The notes beneath the pieces were generated by a model that was not told where the DNA came from, did not search any database, and saw only the letters and a list, made by a program, of their open reading frames with translations. DNA of 64,000 bases from Octopus sinensis (taxonomy: Eukaryota), in the NCBI RefSeq assembly GCF_006345805.1, contig NC_042997.1:73098001-73162000 (forward strand), written 5' to 3'. The first letter of the stretch is position 1. Every line of letters begins with the position of its first letter. This document shows, piece after piece, positions 49,258-62,730 of the stretch. The translations under genes were made by a program, and so were the position numbers.

Positions 49258-49462
49258 GAAGGCAGCGAGCTGGCAGAATCGTTACCACGCTGGAAAAAAT
49301 GCGTAGCAGTATTTCGTCCATCGCTACATTCTGAGTTCAAATTCCGCCGAAGTCAATTTTGCCTTTCATACTTTCGGGGTCGATAAATTAAGTACTACGA
49401 AACACTGGATGCGATGTAATCGACTAACACTCTCCCCACAAATTTCAGGCCTTGTGCCTATT
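49258..49462 (+). mobile_element. SINE (second family)
   Basis: AAGGCAGCGAGCTGGCAGAATCGTT...GAGTTCAAATTCC (B box)...GGGGTCGATAAATTAAGTAC...GGCCTTGTGCC. Confidence 0.85.
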
Positions 49463-49469
49463 GTGGAAA

Positions 49470-49862
49470 GGATTATATAAACTGCGATCTACTGGATCGA
49501 GAACAATGGTCGTCGACCCGCCCTCGACACAAAGTTGACGCGCTACCATTCTGGCGGTAACGAGCGTGAAGCTGGAGTCGGCTTCATGCTCGAACAAAAG
49601 GCTTGACACGGCGTCATCACATTTCAACCAGCGTCGATCGCCTGGAGGTTGTCACCATCAGTGGAACGATCAATTCGCACGTCAACTCTGTCTATGTGCT
49701 GAATGAGGCCAGCTCAAACTCCGCTAAGGATGACTTTTACAATCTGCTGCAACATGCGCTGGAATCGATCACACAAACAGAAATTACCATCATCGCAAGC
49801 GACTTCAATGAACTCGTTGGCTCGGACAGATATGGTTGGGAGACTACCATGGTAAGTTTGGA
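49470..49862 (+). mobile_element. LINE AP-endonuclease fragment in opposite orientation to the adjacent RT fragment
   Basis: YHSGGNEREAGVGFML...SVYVLNEASSNSAKDDFYNLLQ...IIASDFNELVG. Confidence 0.75.
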
Positions 49863-49894
49863 CTCCGTATATATGTATAAATATATCCCTATAT

Positions 49895-50105
49895 TCACTT
49901 ACTTGTTTCAGTCAGCAGACTGCAATCATTCTAGGGCACGACCATAAAGAATTTTAATGGAATGAATCGACCCCAGCACTTATTTATTTATTTATTTTTT
50001 TAAAAACCTGGTAATTATTCTATCGGTTCGTTTTTGCCGAACCGCCGAATTGCAGGGACATAAACACACCAAAACTGGTTGTCAAGCGGTGGTGAGAGCC
50101 AAACA
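49895..50105 (-). mobile_element. SINE 3' half, reverse orientation
   Basis: Reverse complement of 2280-2470. Confidence 0.85.
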
Positions 50106-50290
50106 CAAATACACACACACGCACACTCACACACACACACACACACACAACACACACACACACAGACACACATACATACATGATTACATACATACATACA
50201 TGCATACATACATACATACATACATACATGCTTACATACATACATATACATATACATAATACATACATACATACATACATACATAGATAC

Positions 50291-50338
<48 letters not shown>

Positions 50339-50399
50339 GTAACAGAAAAGAGGAATTTCGATTATCCCCACGTGGTGAGTTGTAATGTATATAAGAAAT

Positions 50400-52575
50400 T
50401 AAAAAAGGAAAATACGCACACTTACATAGTTTTAATATAATTTTTAATATATCGACCGGTTTCGCTATCGCTATTCATGATATTATATTTTACTTATTTG
50501 AATATATATTTTTTTTCTTAGAAGAAATTTGGTCCATGTTGTGTGTGATGAAATTCACGAGTGAATGACTTCACAAGTAGATAAATAAAGGGAGGTAATT
50601 GGTTGTTATTGTTGTGGGTAAGAGAGATAACTGTTCAGCTTTCGGTAATGGGTGGGGATTATATGTGTGTACAGAACAGAGACAGGTTTCAAAAACCTTG
50701 TTTAGTAGGGGATTTATGTACAGTGATGTAATCGTGAATTGAAATATGTAAAAATATAAAAGTTGGCTATGTGTGCATATTAAGACGTGTTTTGTATTTT
50801 TCAATGAAAAATGTTTCTTTATTTAAACGTTCTAGTTGAGAGATTGCGCCTTTGCACTGGTAGAAAGGTAAGACTGTGAAATTTGGTTGAATGTTACCTG
50901 CGCATTTTTCTATATGTTCACTGAGAGGAATTCGTCTGTATTGCGGGAAACGGATTTGCTCCTTATGTAGAGTGGTTCTCGTTCTCAAGGTTCTCCTGTT
51001 TTTTGTATTTGATGAGTTTGTGTGTTTTCAGGATGTCGTTCATTTTTGGATCTCTAGTTAGTAAAGGGAGAGTTTGCACAATAGTCTCGAATACCTCACT
51101 GTTTCTGGGGTTGTGTGTTGATATAAATAGTAATGTTTTGGTTTGAGGTGTGGTGCTATGTTTTTTTGTTCTGAGTGTTTTTTGTGTCTAATTTTTTGGC
51201 ACGTTAAATTCCCTCGCCGATAAGAGAGGGTAGATATTGTCTTTCAATAAGTGTTGTTTTGAGGTCTTGAAGACGAAGGTCCCGAGTTGTTCTATCAGAC
51301 ACTATTGTACAGATCCTTTTGGCTAAGTTGAAAGGGATGTTTATTTTTATTTGTTTCGGGTGGCATGAGTTAAAAAGAAGATATTGTTTTGAATCTGTTG
51401 GTTTATAATAAATGTCAGTTATGATTTCATTGTTAACTTTTTTTTATCATCATGTCTAAAAATGAAAGTTGTTCTTTATTATATTCCATTGTGAATTGAA
51501 TGTTACTATTTATGTCATTTAGTGTTATTTGAAATCCAAAAGTTTGTCGATGTTCTCCTTTCAGATGATAAAGCAGTCATCCAGGTATCGCTTCCAATTT
51601 CCTCTTATGGGTAACCATATTTCTGAAGTGATACTTCATATAAGGTGAATTCAAAATAACCCATCTAATGATTCGCAAGAACATAAGCTGCTTTCGTCCC
51701 CATCACAATTCCGCATTTCTGACGATAGTATGTGTCATCAAATAGGAAATAATTGTTCTGAAGTATAAATTTTAAGGATTCAATAATAAAGATCTGGTTT
51801 ATGCGTTCCGGGAGGCCTTCGGGGTACTTTTCCAACCAGAATTTAATTGCTTTTATTCCATAGTCATGGAGGATGTTGGTGTAAAGATTGATAACGTCGA
51901 GGGTGACCAATATTGGCCCTTCATTAATCGTTTTTGGTAGGTGTTCTAGTATGTCTAAATCATCCCTAATGAAGCTTTTGATGTGTTTCAGCAAGGTTTT
52001 CAGTAGGATGTCTAGAAAATTGCTTAGTCAGTGGGTTTCACAGGCCGGCCCAGCTACAATGGGTCTTAAAGTCAAGTCTTCTGGCGTTTTTATATTTATA
52101 TATTTGCCTGGTGGTTGTTAGCAGGCTTAATTGATTATCTTGCTCTTGTGTATTTTAGGGACGCCATAAAAAGACTGGGTATACATTTGAAGTTCGTGAT
52201 ATAGTCTGTTTCCTTTTCTGTCAGGCCTTTTCCATGTAGAATTAAGGATGCAATATTTTTCATTGTTTTTTGTTGTTTATAGTTTATAACTTTTTCGTAG
52301 AAGGCCTCGTTTTCTAGCATGGAAAGTACTAGTTTTTTATAGTGTTCTGTGTCCATCAGAACTACAGCACTTCCTTTGTCAGCTTCTTTAATTGTCAGGT
52401 CTTTGTCGTTTTGTAGTTCAGTCAGATTTTTCCATTCTAGATTGTTGAGGTTAGGATTAATTTTTCGTTTAATGGATGTGTAGGGGACATTTTGAATATG
52501 GTTGCAGTAGTCATCCAGTGTTTTATTCCTACCCTTATGTGGAAGGTAATTACTTCTGTTTTTAACTAGTGATTC
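50400..52575 (-). mobile_element. Older degenerate Neptune-type PLE, sister subfamily of the 34752 element, 5'-truncated
   Basis: LQNDKDLTIKEADKGSAVVLMD; IKSFIRDDLD...LDVINLYTNI...YRQKCGIVMGT; WKRYLDDCF; C-terminal FIEKYKTRLN; many frameshifts. Confidence 0.92.
50449..50483 (-). ncRNA. Minimal type I hammerhead ribozyme, A3:U8 core
   Basis: Minus strand ATATC / ATGAATA / GC-GATA-GC / GAAA / CCG-GTC / GATAT; palindromic ACCGGT stem III; at the 3' end of the PLE. Confidence 0.72.
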
Positions 52576-52602
52576 ATCTTATATATAATTCATAAAATTT
52601 CT

Positions 52603-52706
<104 letters not shown>

Positions 52707-52784
52707 CCGACTGGCTTCTTTCTTATATATATTCATCTTATATATTCTTCATATAATTTCTTATATATATATATATCCGACTGG

Positions 52785-52945
52785 ATTCTTTTAGTTTTCG
52801 TCTACCAAATTCCTCTCGCAAGACTTTAGCCGGTCTGCCGTTTGCATAGTATAATACACATGCTTTTGATGCCACGCAGTGGGACTGAACCCGGAATCGC
52901 GAGGTTAGGAAGCAAACTTCCTACTAGTCAATCTACGCCTGCGCC
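52785..52945 (-). mobile_element. SINE 5' half, reverse orientation
   Basis: Reverse complement of the 2087-family head. Confidence 0.75.
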
Positions 52946-53007
52946 TAAAAATATAGAACGCTCCACGAATTTGATGGACGTCCATGTATATATATATATA
53001 TATATCA

Positions 53008-53275
53008 AACCGGACTGTGTTTTGTGCTCTTGAGCAAGACACTATTTCACGTTGCTCTAGTTCACTCAGGTGTGCAAATGAGTTGCGGCGTCACTGGTGC
53101 CAAGTTGTATCAGCCTTAGCTTTTCCCCTGGGTAACAAGGGCGGCGTGGAAAGGGAAGGCTCGTATGCATGAGTGACTGCTGGTCTTCCATAAACAACCT
53201 TGCCCGGGCTTGTGCCTTGGAGGGTAACTTTCTAGGTGCAATCCCATAGTCATTCATGACCGAAGAGGGTCTTTA
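53008..53275 (+). mobile_element. SINE with CTTGAGCAAGACAC central motif
   Basis: Shares the central motif with 19140-19200. Confidence 0.75.
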
Positions 53276-53627
53276 GCCTTTATATATAGGTATGTATGTA
53301 TGTATGAGGAATAATAACACGTTACAAACGATTTGGTATAAATAAAAATGAACACACCAACACTGGTTGTCTATCGGTGGCGAGGAACAAACACAGATAC
53401 GGATACGTACAAACACAAATACACACACATGCACACGCATGCTCGCGTACATACGCACACACACACATACATATGACTCAACTGTTATACACTGACCTTA
53501 CACTCATCTTTTACCTGCTATATGTTTTATATTATAATTCACCATTTTTTACAATGGTTAATATTTAGTCTAATATTGATTATATTGACATTTGTTATAG
53601 CATTATATTTCATGCATTTTTCTATAG

Positions 53628-54030
53628 GTGTTCATCGAGGTGACCATCATGGTCTGCTCCTTTTTGCGATGGCTGTCGATAATGTTGCTCGATCAGTCTG
53701 TTCACCCTTCAATGCATGGTACCTGGATGATGTGACTCAGGGTGACTCGGCTGAATCGTTTGCTGAGAACCTTCAACAGGTTGCATTCTTAGGTCTCCAG
53801 TCCTCCCGAAAACCATAACAGAGTTCCTGCAGACCAAGTTGGCGGACTTGTCCAAGATTACCGAGGGACTGCGCCTCAATTATGCGCACCCGGCGTTCTT
53901 CTTGAGGAATTGCTTTGCACCATCTAGGTTCCTTTTCTCAGAGACCGCCCCAGTGATGTCAGTAACACCATTCGGCGTTGTGCTGAACTGATCTGCAATG
54001 TCAGTTTTGACAGCACCGGCTGTCTAAGTG
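53628..54030 (+). mobile_element. CRE-clade-like non-LTR RT fragment
   Basis: GVHRGDHHGLLLFAMAV...SPFNAWYLDD; the WYLDD context differs from the YADD of the RTE copies. Confidence 0.6.
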
Positions 54031-54594
54031 TCCCTTCTGTGTACTTTTAAGTATGTGATATGTTATTAAAAATTCTTATTTGGGAGTATCTGAACACTTT
54101 CCTGGAAGAATGCACGCAACTCGGGGATAACTCATATCTATGGTTCAAGCATAAATTACATTTCGAGTTCTCACTGGTACATGATGAAGCCCTACAATTT
54201 ACTACTGAATTTGGTGTTTTTATCCTTTAATGACCAGATGAATACCCTCAAGATTTTAATACACATTTTATCCCTATCCCTGAACGAAGTAAGGTGATTA
54301 CGCATTCACTGCGTATTTATATTCTCTCATATAAATAATTGTTAACAATTACGCATTATCATTGTAATTACACAATGAGAATAATAATTTTGACTGAAGT
54401 GGGTTAGACGATACCATCGACACGTATATTCGATTGGTTCTCTGTTGTTATTCAACCCAATAGTATAAAAAGTAAAGCTGAACTAAAAAAAAAAAGGAAC
54501 CGAGATAAATACCACAAAGCATTTTTACACACTCTAAATATAAAACCTGTCTAAATGTAATACTGATTTCTTATAGATTCAAATGTTGATACAA

Positions 54595-54985
54595 GGCCAG
54601 CCATTATCTAGGAAGGAGGTTAGTTGTTTACATCGACCCCAGTAGTTAAATGGTACTTACTTTTATCCGCCCTAAAAGAATGAGAGGCAAAGTTGACCGC
54701 GGTGGGATTAGAACTCCGAATGTATACAACCGGAAGAAATGGCGCTAAGTATTTTGCCCGGCGTACTGACGATTCTGTCAGTTCACCGTCTTGTGAGCTC
54801 TGAATAATAATTCTTTCTGTTATAGGCACAAGACCTTAGTACTCAACAAATACGTATTTGAAGGAGCCCGAAAGGATGAAAGCAAAGCTAACCTCGGCGG
54901 CATTTGAACTCAGAATGCAAAGATAGGAGAATACCGCTGAGTATTTTGTCCGGTGCGGTAACGATTCGTCATGTGAGCTCTGAAT
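54595..54985 (-). mobile_element. Two adjacent degenerate SINEs (second family), reverse orientation
   Basis: ATCGACCCCAGT...TACTTATTTTATC...AAAGGATGAAAG...GACGATTC motifs occur twice. Confidence 0.7.
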
Positions 54986-55343
54986 AATAATAAAATATAG
55001 TTGTAATTACCTGAGAGTTATCTTACCGGGAAGAATCATATTGGGTGTCACGAGTATACGGTGGTGTGTCTGATTCGTGGACAGGCTAGCTTGTTGTGTC
55101 CTTGAGCAAGACGCTTCATATCACGTCGCTCCCATCTACTCAACTGTAAAGGAGTATCAGGTTCGAGCTGGTATAACTGTCTCTCTCTCTGCAAGTGTCA
55201 CATTCCCAGTGTCCCACTGGGTCAAAGTGGAGGGCCAACAGGGTGGCGAGTCTGCTCGCACCTACGGAAGCCCCTAAAACAATACTAGAAACATGGTACA
55301 ATCTACGGGGTTATACTCACTTGCAAGTGACGGCTAAGCATAT

Positions 55344-55383
<40 letters not shown>

Positions 55384-55519
55384 TGCGTTTGTGTGTGTGT
55401 GTGAATGTGTGTGTGTGTGTGTGAATGTGTGTGTGTGCGTGTGTGCATACACATATGTATATGGGTAGGTATAATCGCCCCTCGAGTATTATTTTCTATA
55501 TAAAACTCGGATGTAATAC

Positions 55520-55779
55520 TCCTACTCTTTCAGTCATTTGACTGTGGCCATGCTGAAGCACCGCCTTAAGTCGAACAAATCGACCCCAGGGCTTGTTCCT
55601 TGTAAGCCTAGTACGTATTCTATCAGTCTCTTTTGCCGAACCGCTAAGTTACGGGGACGGAAACACACCAGCATCGGTTGTCAAGCGATATTGGGGGGAC
55701 CAACACAGACACACAAACACACAAACACACACACACACATACACACACACATACATACACACACACATGCACACACATA

Positions 55780-55811
<32 letters not shown>

Positions 55812-55985
55812 CATATATACGACAGGCTTCTTTCAGTTTCCGTCTACCAAATCCACTCACAAGGCTTTGGTCGGACCGAGGCTATAGTGGAAGACATTTT
55901 CCCAAGATGCCACGCAGTGGGACTCAACCCGGAATCACGTGGTTGGTTAAGCACACTACTTATCACACAGCCACTCCTGCGCCTA
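55520..55985 (-). mobile_element. SINE, near full length, reverse orientation
   Basis: Reverse complement of the 2087 family. Confidence 0.9.
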
Positions 55986-56670
55986 TAATGTTTAATAAAT
56001 GAAAATTGATTTTGAAAAACACATACTCGTACACCATCCTTTAAATTAAATATCTATATTTATGCCATTGACCTGTTTGTGTTATATTTTATTTTATACA
56101 CGCAAACGGAGGTGAAGTGGCAGATTCGTTAGAGATTGGGACTTAATGCCAGGTGGTATTCGTTAAGTTTCCATGTTGAAGTCAACTTTGCCTTTCATAA
56201 AATATAGCAATAATCCAGAGGGTGTATTGGCATAATCTTATAGCGATAAATTAAAATACTTTGCACACACGCATACACACATGCATAGATGCGCGCGCAC
56301 ACACTCTCACACACACACAAACACACATGCATTCTTTTTCTCACTTTCTTTTTCTCCATGCATACGCAGATATATATACTCGCGCACAAACACGCATATG
56401 TATACATATATGTATGTATTTATACACGTACATACGTATATATTTATATATATATATATATATATATGATACACAAATACATAAATGCACATATATATAA
56501 ATATACACACACATGTGTATACATATATATAGATACAAATAAACATGTATATATATTTACGTATGTATACATATATATTTATATGAATATATATAATATA
56601 TAGTACTTAAGTGTGTTTGTGTGTGTATGTGTGTGTGTGTATATGTGCGTGTGCGTGTTTATATATATAT

Positions 56671-56728
<58 letters not shown>

Positions 56729-58021
56729 GCAAGGATATTGATATAAGCCATCGTCTAGTGACACATACACGTACGCAGTTACTGAAACAATGCAATACTG
56801 TGTTGGAGAAAACAGCTTATTCCGTAATTACGTCCCTATTTACCAGAACAGAAGCTTTCTAGAAATATTGTATGCATATAGTTGATGTTAGATCGGAAAA
56901 TGTCTAATTTCCAATTATTTCTTCATATTTTCGATATAGCAAATATTCCCTCTTGCACATAAATGTATAATATTAATTTACAAACTTACATATCTCAGCT
57001 TGACTGCCAAATCCCTCGTTAAGTAGTGTGAAAATCCAACCACTTGCTATTTTCTCTCTTTCTTTCTTCTATTTTCATTTTCCGCTCTCATATTTATTCT
57101 CATGTTCTTAAAATTATTTTCATACTATTTTTCTTCCCGTTGTCCGAGATTAGAGTTTTCGTTCACTTTCCATTCTCCGCTTTATTGTTTCATATATTTC
57201 CTTTTACTTTTCTCATATGTTAACTTGGCTTCCTTCCGTCGTTTCTCTTCACTTTTTACTTCTCTATTCCTTCCAACTGAACACACTTGTTAAAATTATG
57301 ACTTATTTCAGCTTTGTCATTTAATCCTACATTCAATCATATTATATTTTCACATTATAAGTCTCCTCCCTTCTATATATTTCTCTCTCAACCACCCTAC
57401 CTTACTCCCTGCATCCCATGACCTCTCGCGTTATACTACTTTCTCAGGCGTTTACTATATGTCCCAATGGTGTTTCTTATTTAAACAGTCATTCAGTATG
57501 TATCTTTACTTTCCTCACAATTTCATTCTATTTCAATTTCCTTCCCTACACCCCACTTCTAATCATCAATTCTTTAACTCTCTCAAATTTCCTGTGACAT
57601 TCAAACATTTCTAAAATTCTGCGTATAAATTCCATAAGTGTTTAAAAAATTACTTCACTATGTTCTGCCTCTCACAAGTCCTTATGCACTTATCTTTCAT
57701 GTATTTGAATGCTGCTGTTGGCATAAATTATGATAGAGTTCTCCAGGCTTGTATGCTTTTTATACATCATATATACACACTGTTAAAATGCAAGTGATTG
57801 AAAAGACTTCTGCATATGATTTGCACATCACCTCTGGAGAAACAAATTGAAAAGTTGGCTCTGGTAGTATTTCAACTCAAAACGCAAAGGGATATAACTG
57901 AATGCTTACAAGCATTTCACGAGACTTATTTATCGATTCTGCCACTACACTGCTTCAATAAAAAGGAAAAATTAATCTGGAAATTGGCTTTCAAATTTGT
58001 ATCGAGGCCGTATGTATGCAT

Positions 58022-58023
58022 CA

Positions 58024-58069
<46 letters not shown>

Positions 58070-58070
58070 A

Positions 58071-58167
<97 letters not shown>
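58022..58167. repeat. (TATC)n microsatellite
   Basis: Seen directly. Confidence 0.95.
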
Positions 58168-58390
58168 GAACGCAGGGTGGACTTCAGTGCCTACCTGCAC
58201 AGCCTGCCACGACTCTCGGCAAGAGAGGCAGAGTGCTGCGAAGGTGCCATCACGGCGGTGGATGTGCGGGACGCAATGGCAGAATGCTCGAGAGACAAAT
58301 CGCCGGGTTTAGATGGTCTGCCCTACGAGTTTTACAATTGTATGCCAGACTTGTTTGGAGACGTCTTGGCAGCGGTATACTGCAACTGAT
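58168..58390 (+). mobile_element. L1/Tx1-like LINE fragment (region just before RT)
   Basis: LPRLSAREAECCEGAITAVDVRDAMAECSRDKSPGLDGLPYEFY. Confidence 0.7.
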
Positions 58391-59949
58391 TAAGGTTTTG
58401 GTCAGTAGTCCTACATCAGAAAGAATGAACGAGAGAAAAGGAGATAAATCGAACAAGAAAAAAATACTTCGATAGCAATCCACCGCCATTTTGAAATGAC
58501 CAGAAAAAGACATAAAAGAAAAAAAGAAAATACTTCTGTGCGAAGAGGAACTGAAAGAGGGATAAAATGAGAGCGTTTTCTTTTTTCCAGTATGTATATG
58601 TACCTATGTATTGTGAAAGTGTTCGGGCGAGCGTTGTAAGTGTTGATATAAGTGCATCATTTTCTTGTATACTTATCGTTCTAACATTATGCAGCGTCTG
58701 CCCTCGCGTGTTTGACTGTTGATATTATTGTATGTTTTAATAGCTTGTGTTTGTTTTATATTCTGGAATGCGCGCGCGCGCGCGTGTGTGTGTATGTGTG
58801 TGTGTATTTTATGATCTTGAATGTGTTATAGTGGTGTTGTTAGAATGTGCGTGTTTGTGTGTATACTTTCAGTGAGTGTGTATGTAAAAGTAGAGTGTGC
58901 ATGTATTTTGTCTTCTCTTATCTACAGGTTTTGTGTATGTGATGTGTTTGTGTGTATATATGGGGGTGGTGAAATGATTAAAGTGGTGTGTATTTATGTG
59001 TATTTATGTGTACATATTTTAATTGTGTATTTGTGAGTGCGTGTGTGCGTTGGGTTTCTGTGTATGGGTATTTGTTGTTTATTGTTTGTTTTGAAATATG
59101 TGTGCATGTAGAGTGTATGTGTATGCATTTGAAAGTAATATGTGTACAAATAGAATGTATGCACATCATAGGCGGGGTTGTGTTCTTTTGACTGTCTGCG
59201 TAGTAGTACTTTATGAATGTGTGTTTGTGTATATTACGTGTGTGAGGCGAAAAGATATTAAAGAGACTATATATATTTAGTATTTGTTTCGCTATGAAAA
59301 ACAATGTGTCAAAACAGATAATAACCAGATATTGCTGTTACTGTATATAATTGTAGTGTGGGTTAGTAAACGCAAATCAACATAAATGATATGACTGTCC
59401 ACCATGTTTTGCAATTTACGATATACTTATATTATTAAGCTTGGGTAATATGGAACTTCTGGCGATCCAATTATGATGGTACAGTAAGCTACATGAAGTA
59501 CATGCTTGATTTATCTCACTAATTCTGAAGTATAAAAGAATATTTTATTTTCTTAACTCTCTGGAGACATTTTATCTCGGCACTTCCTAATTAGTCTGAA
59601 TCCCACAATGCATTGAAACTCAGCCACCACATCAGAATAGTTGAGTTTCAGTTTTAATTGCTTTACAGACCTCTTTGGCTGAACGGTTAAAGGACCTCTC
59701 TGCTGCACACGTGTGTAAAGGCGTCTGCTTCACATCACTAGTATTTTCTATGAATTATGATGAAACTTCAGAAATGTCTGCCCTTGTCTTAATTTTAAAG
59801 AAAGTGCAACGCAAGTTGACTTGTGTCGTTGAAATTCAATCATTTAGTGGTATAGTGGTATATTTAAAACATTCCAAAGATTCTCTATTCAAGGTTTTAA
59901 TGGGTCCACAAATGAGATTAAAGCCCAGCAAAAGAAAGGCATAGTCTGT

Positions 59950-62340
59950 CACAAATTATGCACACAAAAAGGTGGTTGGGATTCATTTTCTTGTTGATCG
60001 TAGCATTTTTGTTTAGATTTCTTTTGAGTTTCGCATGGGTCACCATAGTTCCTTCAAAAGTCTTCCCTCCACTCCACAATTTTGTTCGTCATCCAGGTCG
60101 ATCCGAAACAAGGGTTTCCATGGCGTTTGGATTCATTCCAAGTGACTTCATGTTAGTCCTTATACAACCTTTAAACTTCTTTTTATGTTTACACTGATCG
60201 CGTTTCCCTTCTGCATTTCGCCATAAAATAACTGTTTGAGTGTGTGTTAAATCGCCATTCGAACAATGTGGCCAGACCATGACCATCTCATTTGATTTTT
60301 AAAGGTCATTGATTTAAGTGAAGTGATGCCTGCAGATGCAAGAACATTTGGTCTCGAGTAAAAAAAAATGTTCCATTTAATGTTTCAAATGCGGCGAAGG
60401 CATTTTTGGTGTAACCGTTCTTTCGTAACAGGTCCTTGTTTCAGAGGAATACAACAGGGACGGTAAGACAAACGATTTGTAAAGAGCCAATTTTGTGTTG
60501 CTATTTATATATCGCTGGTGCTAAACGTGTAACTCCAATTCACGAAATGTTTGGACAGTCCTTTGAAATCGCAGGTGTATTTATGTGCCCGGATTTTCAT
60601 CATTTTGTACAGAGCTGCCAAGGTAAATGAAAGAGTTAACAACCTCAAGTAACTTACCCTTAACGAAAATTTTAGGGGGTTGCAACCAGCACCACGTGCA
60701 GTTTGAGACATCACAACTGTCTTTTTCAAGTTGATGGTCAAGTCAACATCATCACAAGCTGAGTCAAATGCAGATACAAGAGATTGCAAGCTTGTTTCAG
60801 AGTGACTGACTTAATCGCAATCGTCAGCGTATAAGTGTTCCCTAATGAGTGAAATAAACTCTTTATTTTGAGTTTCAGTCTGGTCAGATTAAAAACCTTC
60901 TCTGTTGTTCGATATTTTATGTAAATACCCTCCTCAGAGTTTTGAAAATTGTGACAGCACAACAGAAAAATATATTGCAAAGAGGCTGGATGTGCCATTT
61001 CCTACGTCAAACGATTCAGAAAGCCTACCACCAAGATTCACCCTAGCTTTCATATTTTGATGCAAAACCCTGATCATGTTTACAAATTTCTCTGGTCAAC
61101 GTATTTTTCCTAAAATTAACCACAGAGCATTTCGATTAACACTATTGAACGCTTTACTTAAATCAACAAAGCAATGGTATAGAGCAATATTCTGTTCAAT
61201 GCACTCTTCCTGAAACTGTCTGATAATAAAGACACAATCAACCGTGTCCGTGAAAAAAAAAAGCGAAAACAACCCACACTGAGACTCAGACACTATATTT
61301 AGAACTATGAAGGAATTTAAACGTTCTAACAGAATACGGGCAAGTACCTTTCCAACTACAGGCAAAAGCGAAATCCCACGAAAATTATCACAGATAATTT
61401 GGCCCCGATTTATGCCCCCTTCGCCCTGTGATTCCACCATTCCTGTTTAATTTTCCTTAGAGCAGTCTGCACTTTCCCCTTTAGCTTTTTTATAAGCTTC
61501 GTTTGAATTGACTGAGAAAGAAGTGTGTTGCATAAATTTTGTCTTCCTAAAAGCAGATCATGATATTCTGGTGATTTGTCTGAAAGCCAGTCACTGGACA
61601 TACGGGATTTAAATCCCACTGACGGACTTGCAACCTGAAATACTTTTGTTTTGAAATCTCATAGATTGTTTGGATCAAGGGTGATACTTTCTATTGCATC
61701 GTGAAGTCTTAGCAATTACTTGGTAATTTGATATTTGCAACATTTATGTTTGGATCCTTTAGGACCAGACTGTCGACTTTTAGGCATTATCAAAAACTTC
61801 TTTTTCCACGCACTAGACGATGGTCAGTTCAGCTCTGTGCTCTTTTCATGGCCCGATATTAGAAACATCTTTCATATCACGCTTTCTGATCAAAATATAA
61901 TCTATGAAATGCCAGTCCTTAGACCTTGAGTGCATCCAGGCGATTTTATATTTATTTTTCTGCTTATACAAAGTGTGGCTAATAACCAAAACGCCAAAAA
62001 AGCTACTCCATTCTCATAACCTTTTCCAGTCCCATGTCAGCCTAAAACAGGCCATGGAATGATGTCAGTTCCAATCCATGCATCGAAATCTCCTAATATG
62101 ACCAGTTTGTTAGAAATTGGTACTTTCCTCAATAATTGTGCGAGATAATCACAGAACTGTGCTACAGTTTCATCAAAATGAGACATTGTTGGTGCATAAA
62201 TGCTGACAACGGTATGAAATCTACCTTTTGTCAGTTTTATGCAACATGATATGGTTCGTTCAGATTTATCTCTTGGAAATTCTGCAATGGTGGTAACCAA
62301 TGAATTCTTGAGAGCAAACGCAACACCAGATTCTCTATCT
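59950..62340 (-). mobile_element. Degenerate RTE-clade LINE, probably continuing past the SINE to about 62950
   Basis: GLPEGQI.ESGVAFALKNSLV...VVSIYAPTM...LGDFDAWIG; DNFRGISLLPVVGKVLAR...CFVDLSKAFNSVNR; LTINLKKTVVM. Confidence 0.85.
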
Positions 62341-62489
62341 GACCCTCAGGTAGGCCGCGCTAGAAACTAGTATATCCATAAATAGGTTCATTTATTTGAC
62401 CCACACTGGAGAGAGACGAGTTCCAGCAGCCGCTGGGTGGAAGACTGGATATGTCGTGGCTAATGATGCGCAGACATGCGGTGAGGCTG

Positions 62490-62730
62490 CGACATGTCAC
62501 TATGTTACGGGACGTAAACACACCAACATCGGTTGTCAAGCGGTGTTGGGGGACAAACACAAAGAGACACGCACGCACACACATGGGTTTCTATCAGTTT
62601 CCATTTACCAAATCCACACTCAAAACCTTTGGTAGGTCTGAGGCTATAATAGAAGACTCTTGCCAAAAGTGCCATGCAGTGGTACTGAACCTTGAACCAC
62701 GTGGTTGGGAAGCAAGCTTCTTGCTGCACA
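62490..62730 (-). mobile_element. SINE, reverse orientation
   Basis: Reverse complement of the 2087 family. Confidence 0.85.

Noticed and set aside
53605-53640. Acceptor-like TTTTCTATAG just before the CRE-like RT, suggesting exonisation
   Set aside because: The AG overlaps the expected Gly codon at the truncation point and the downstream frame is broken.
58700-59310. TG-rich tract that may be a PLE 3' UTR on the minus strand
   Set aside because: Only a weak FIAKQILN similarity and no HHR found; not enough to call.
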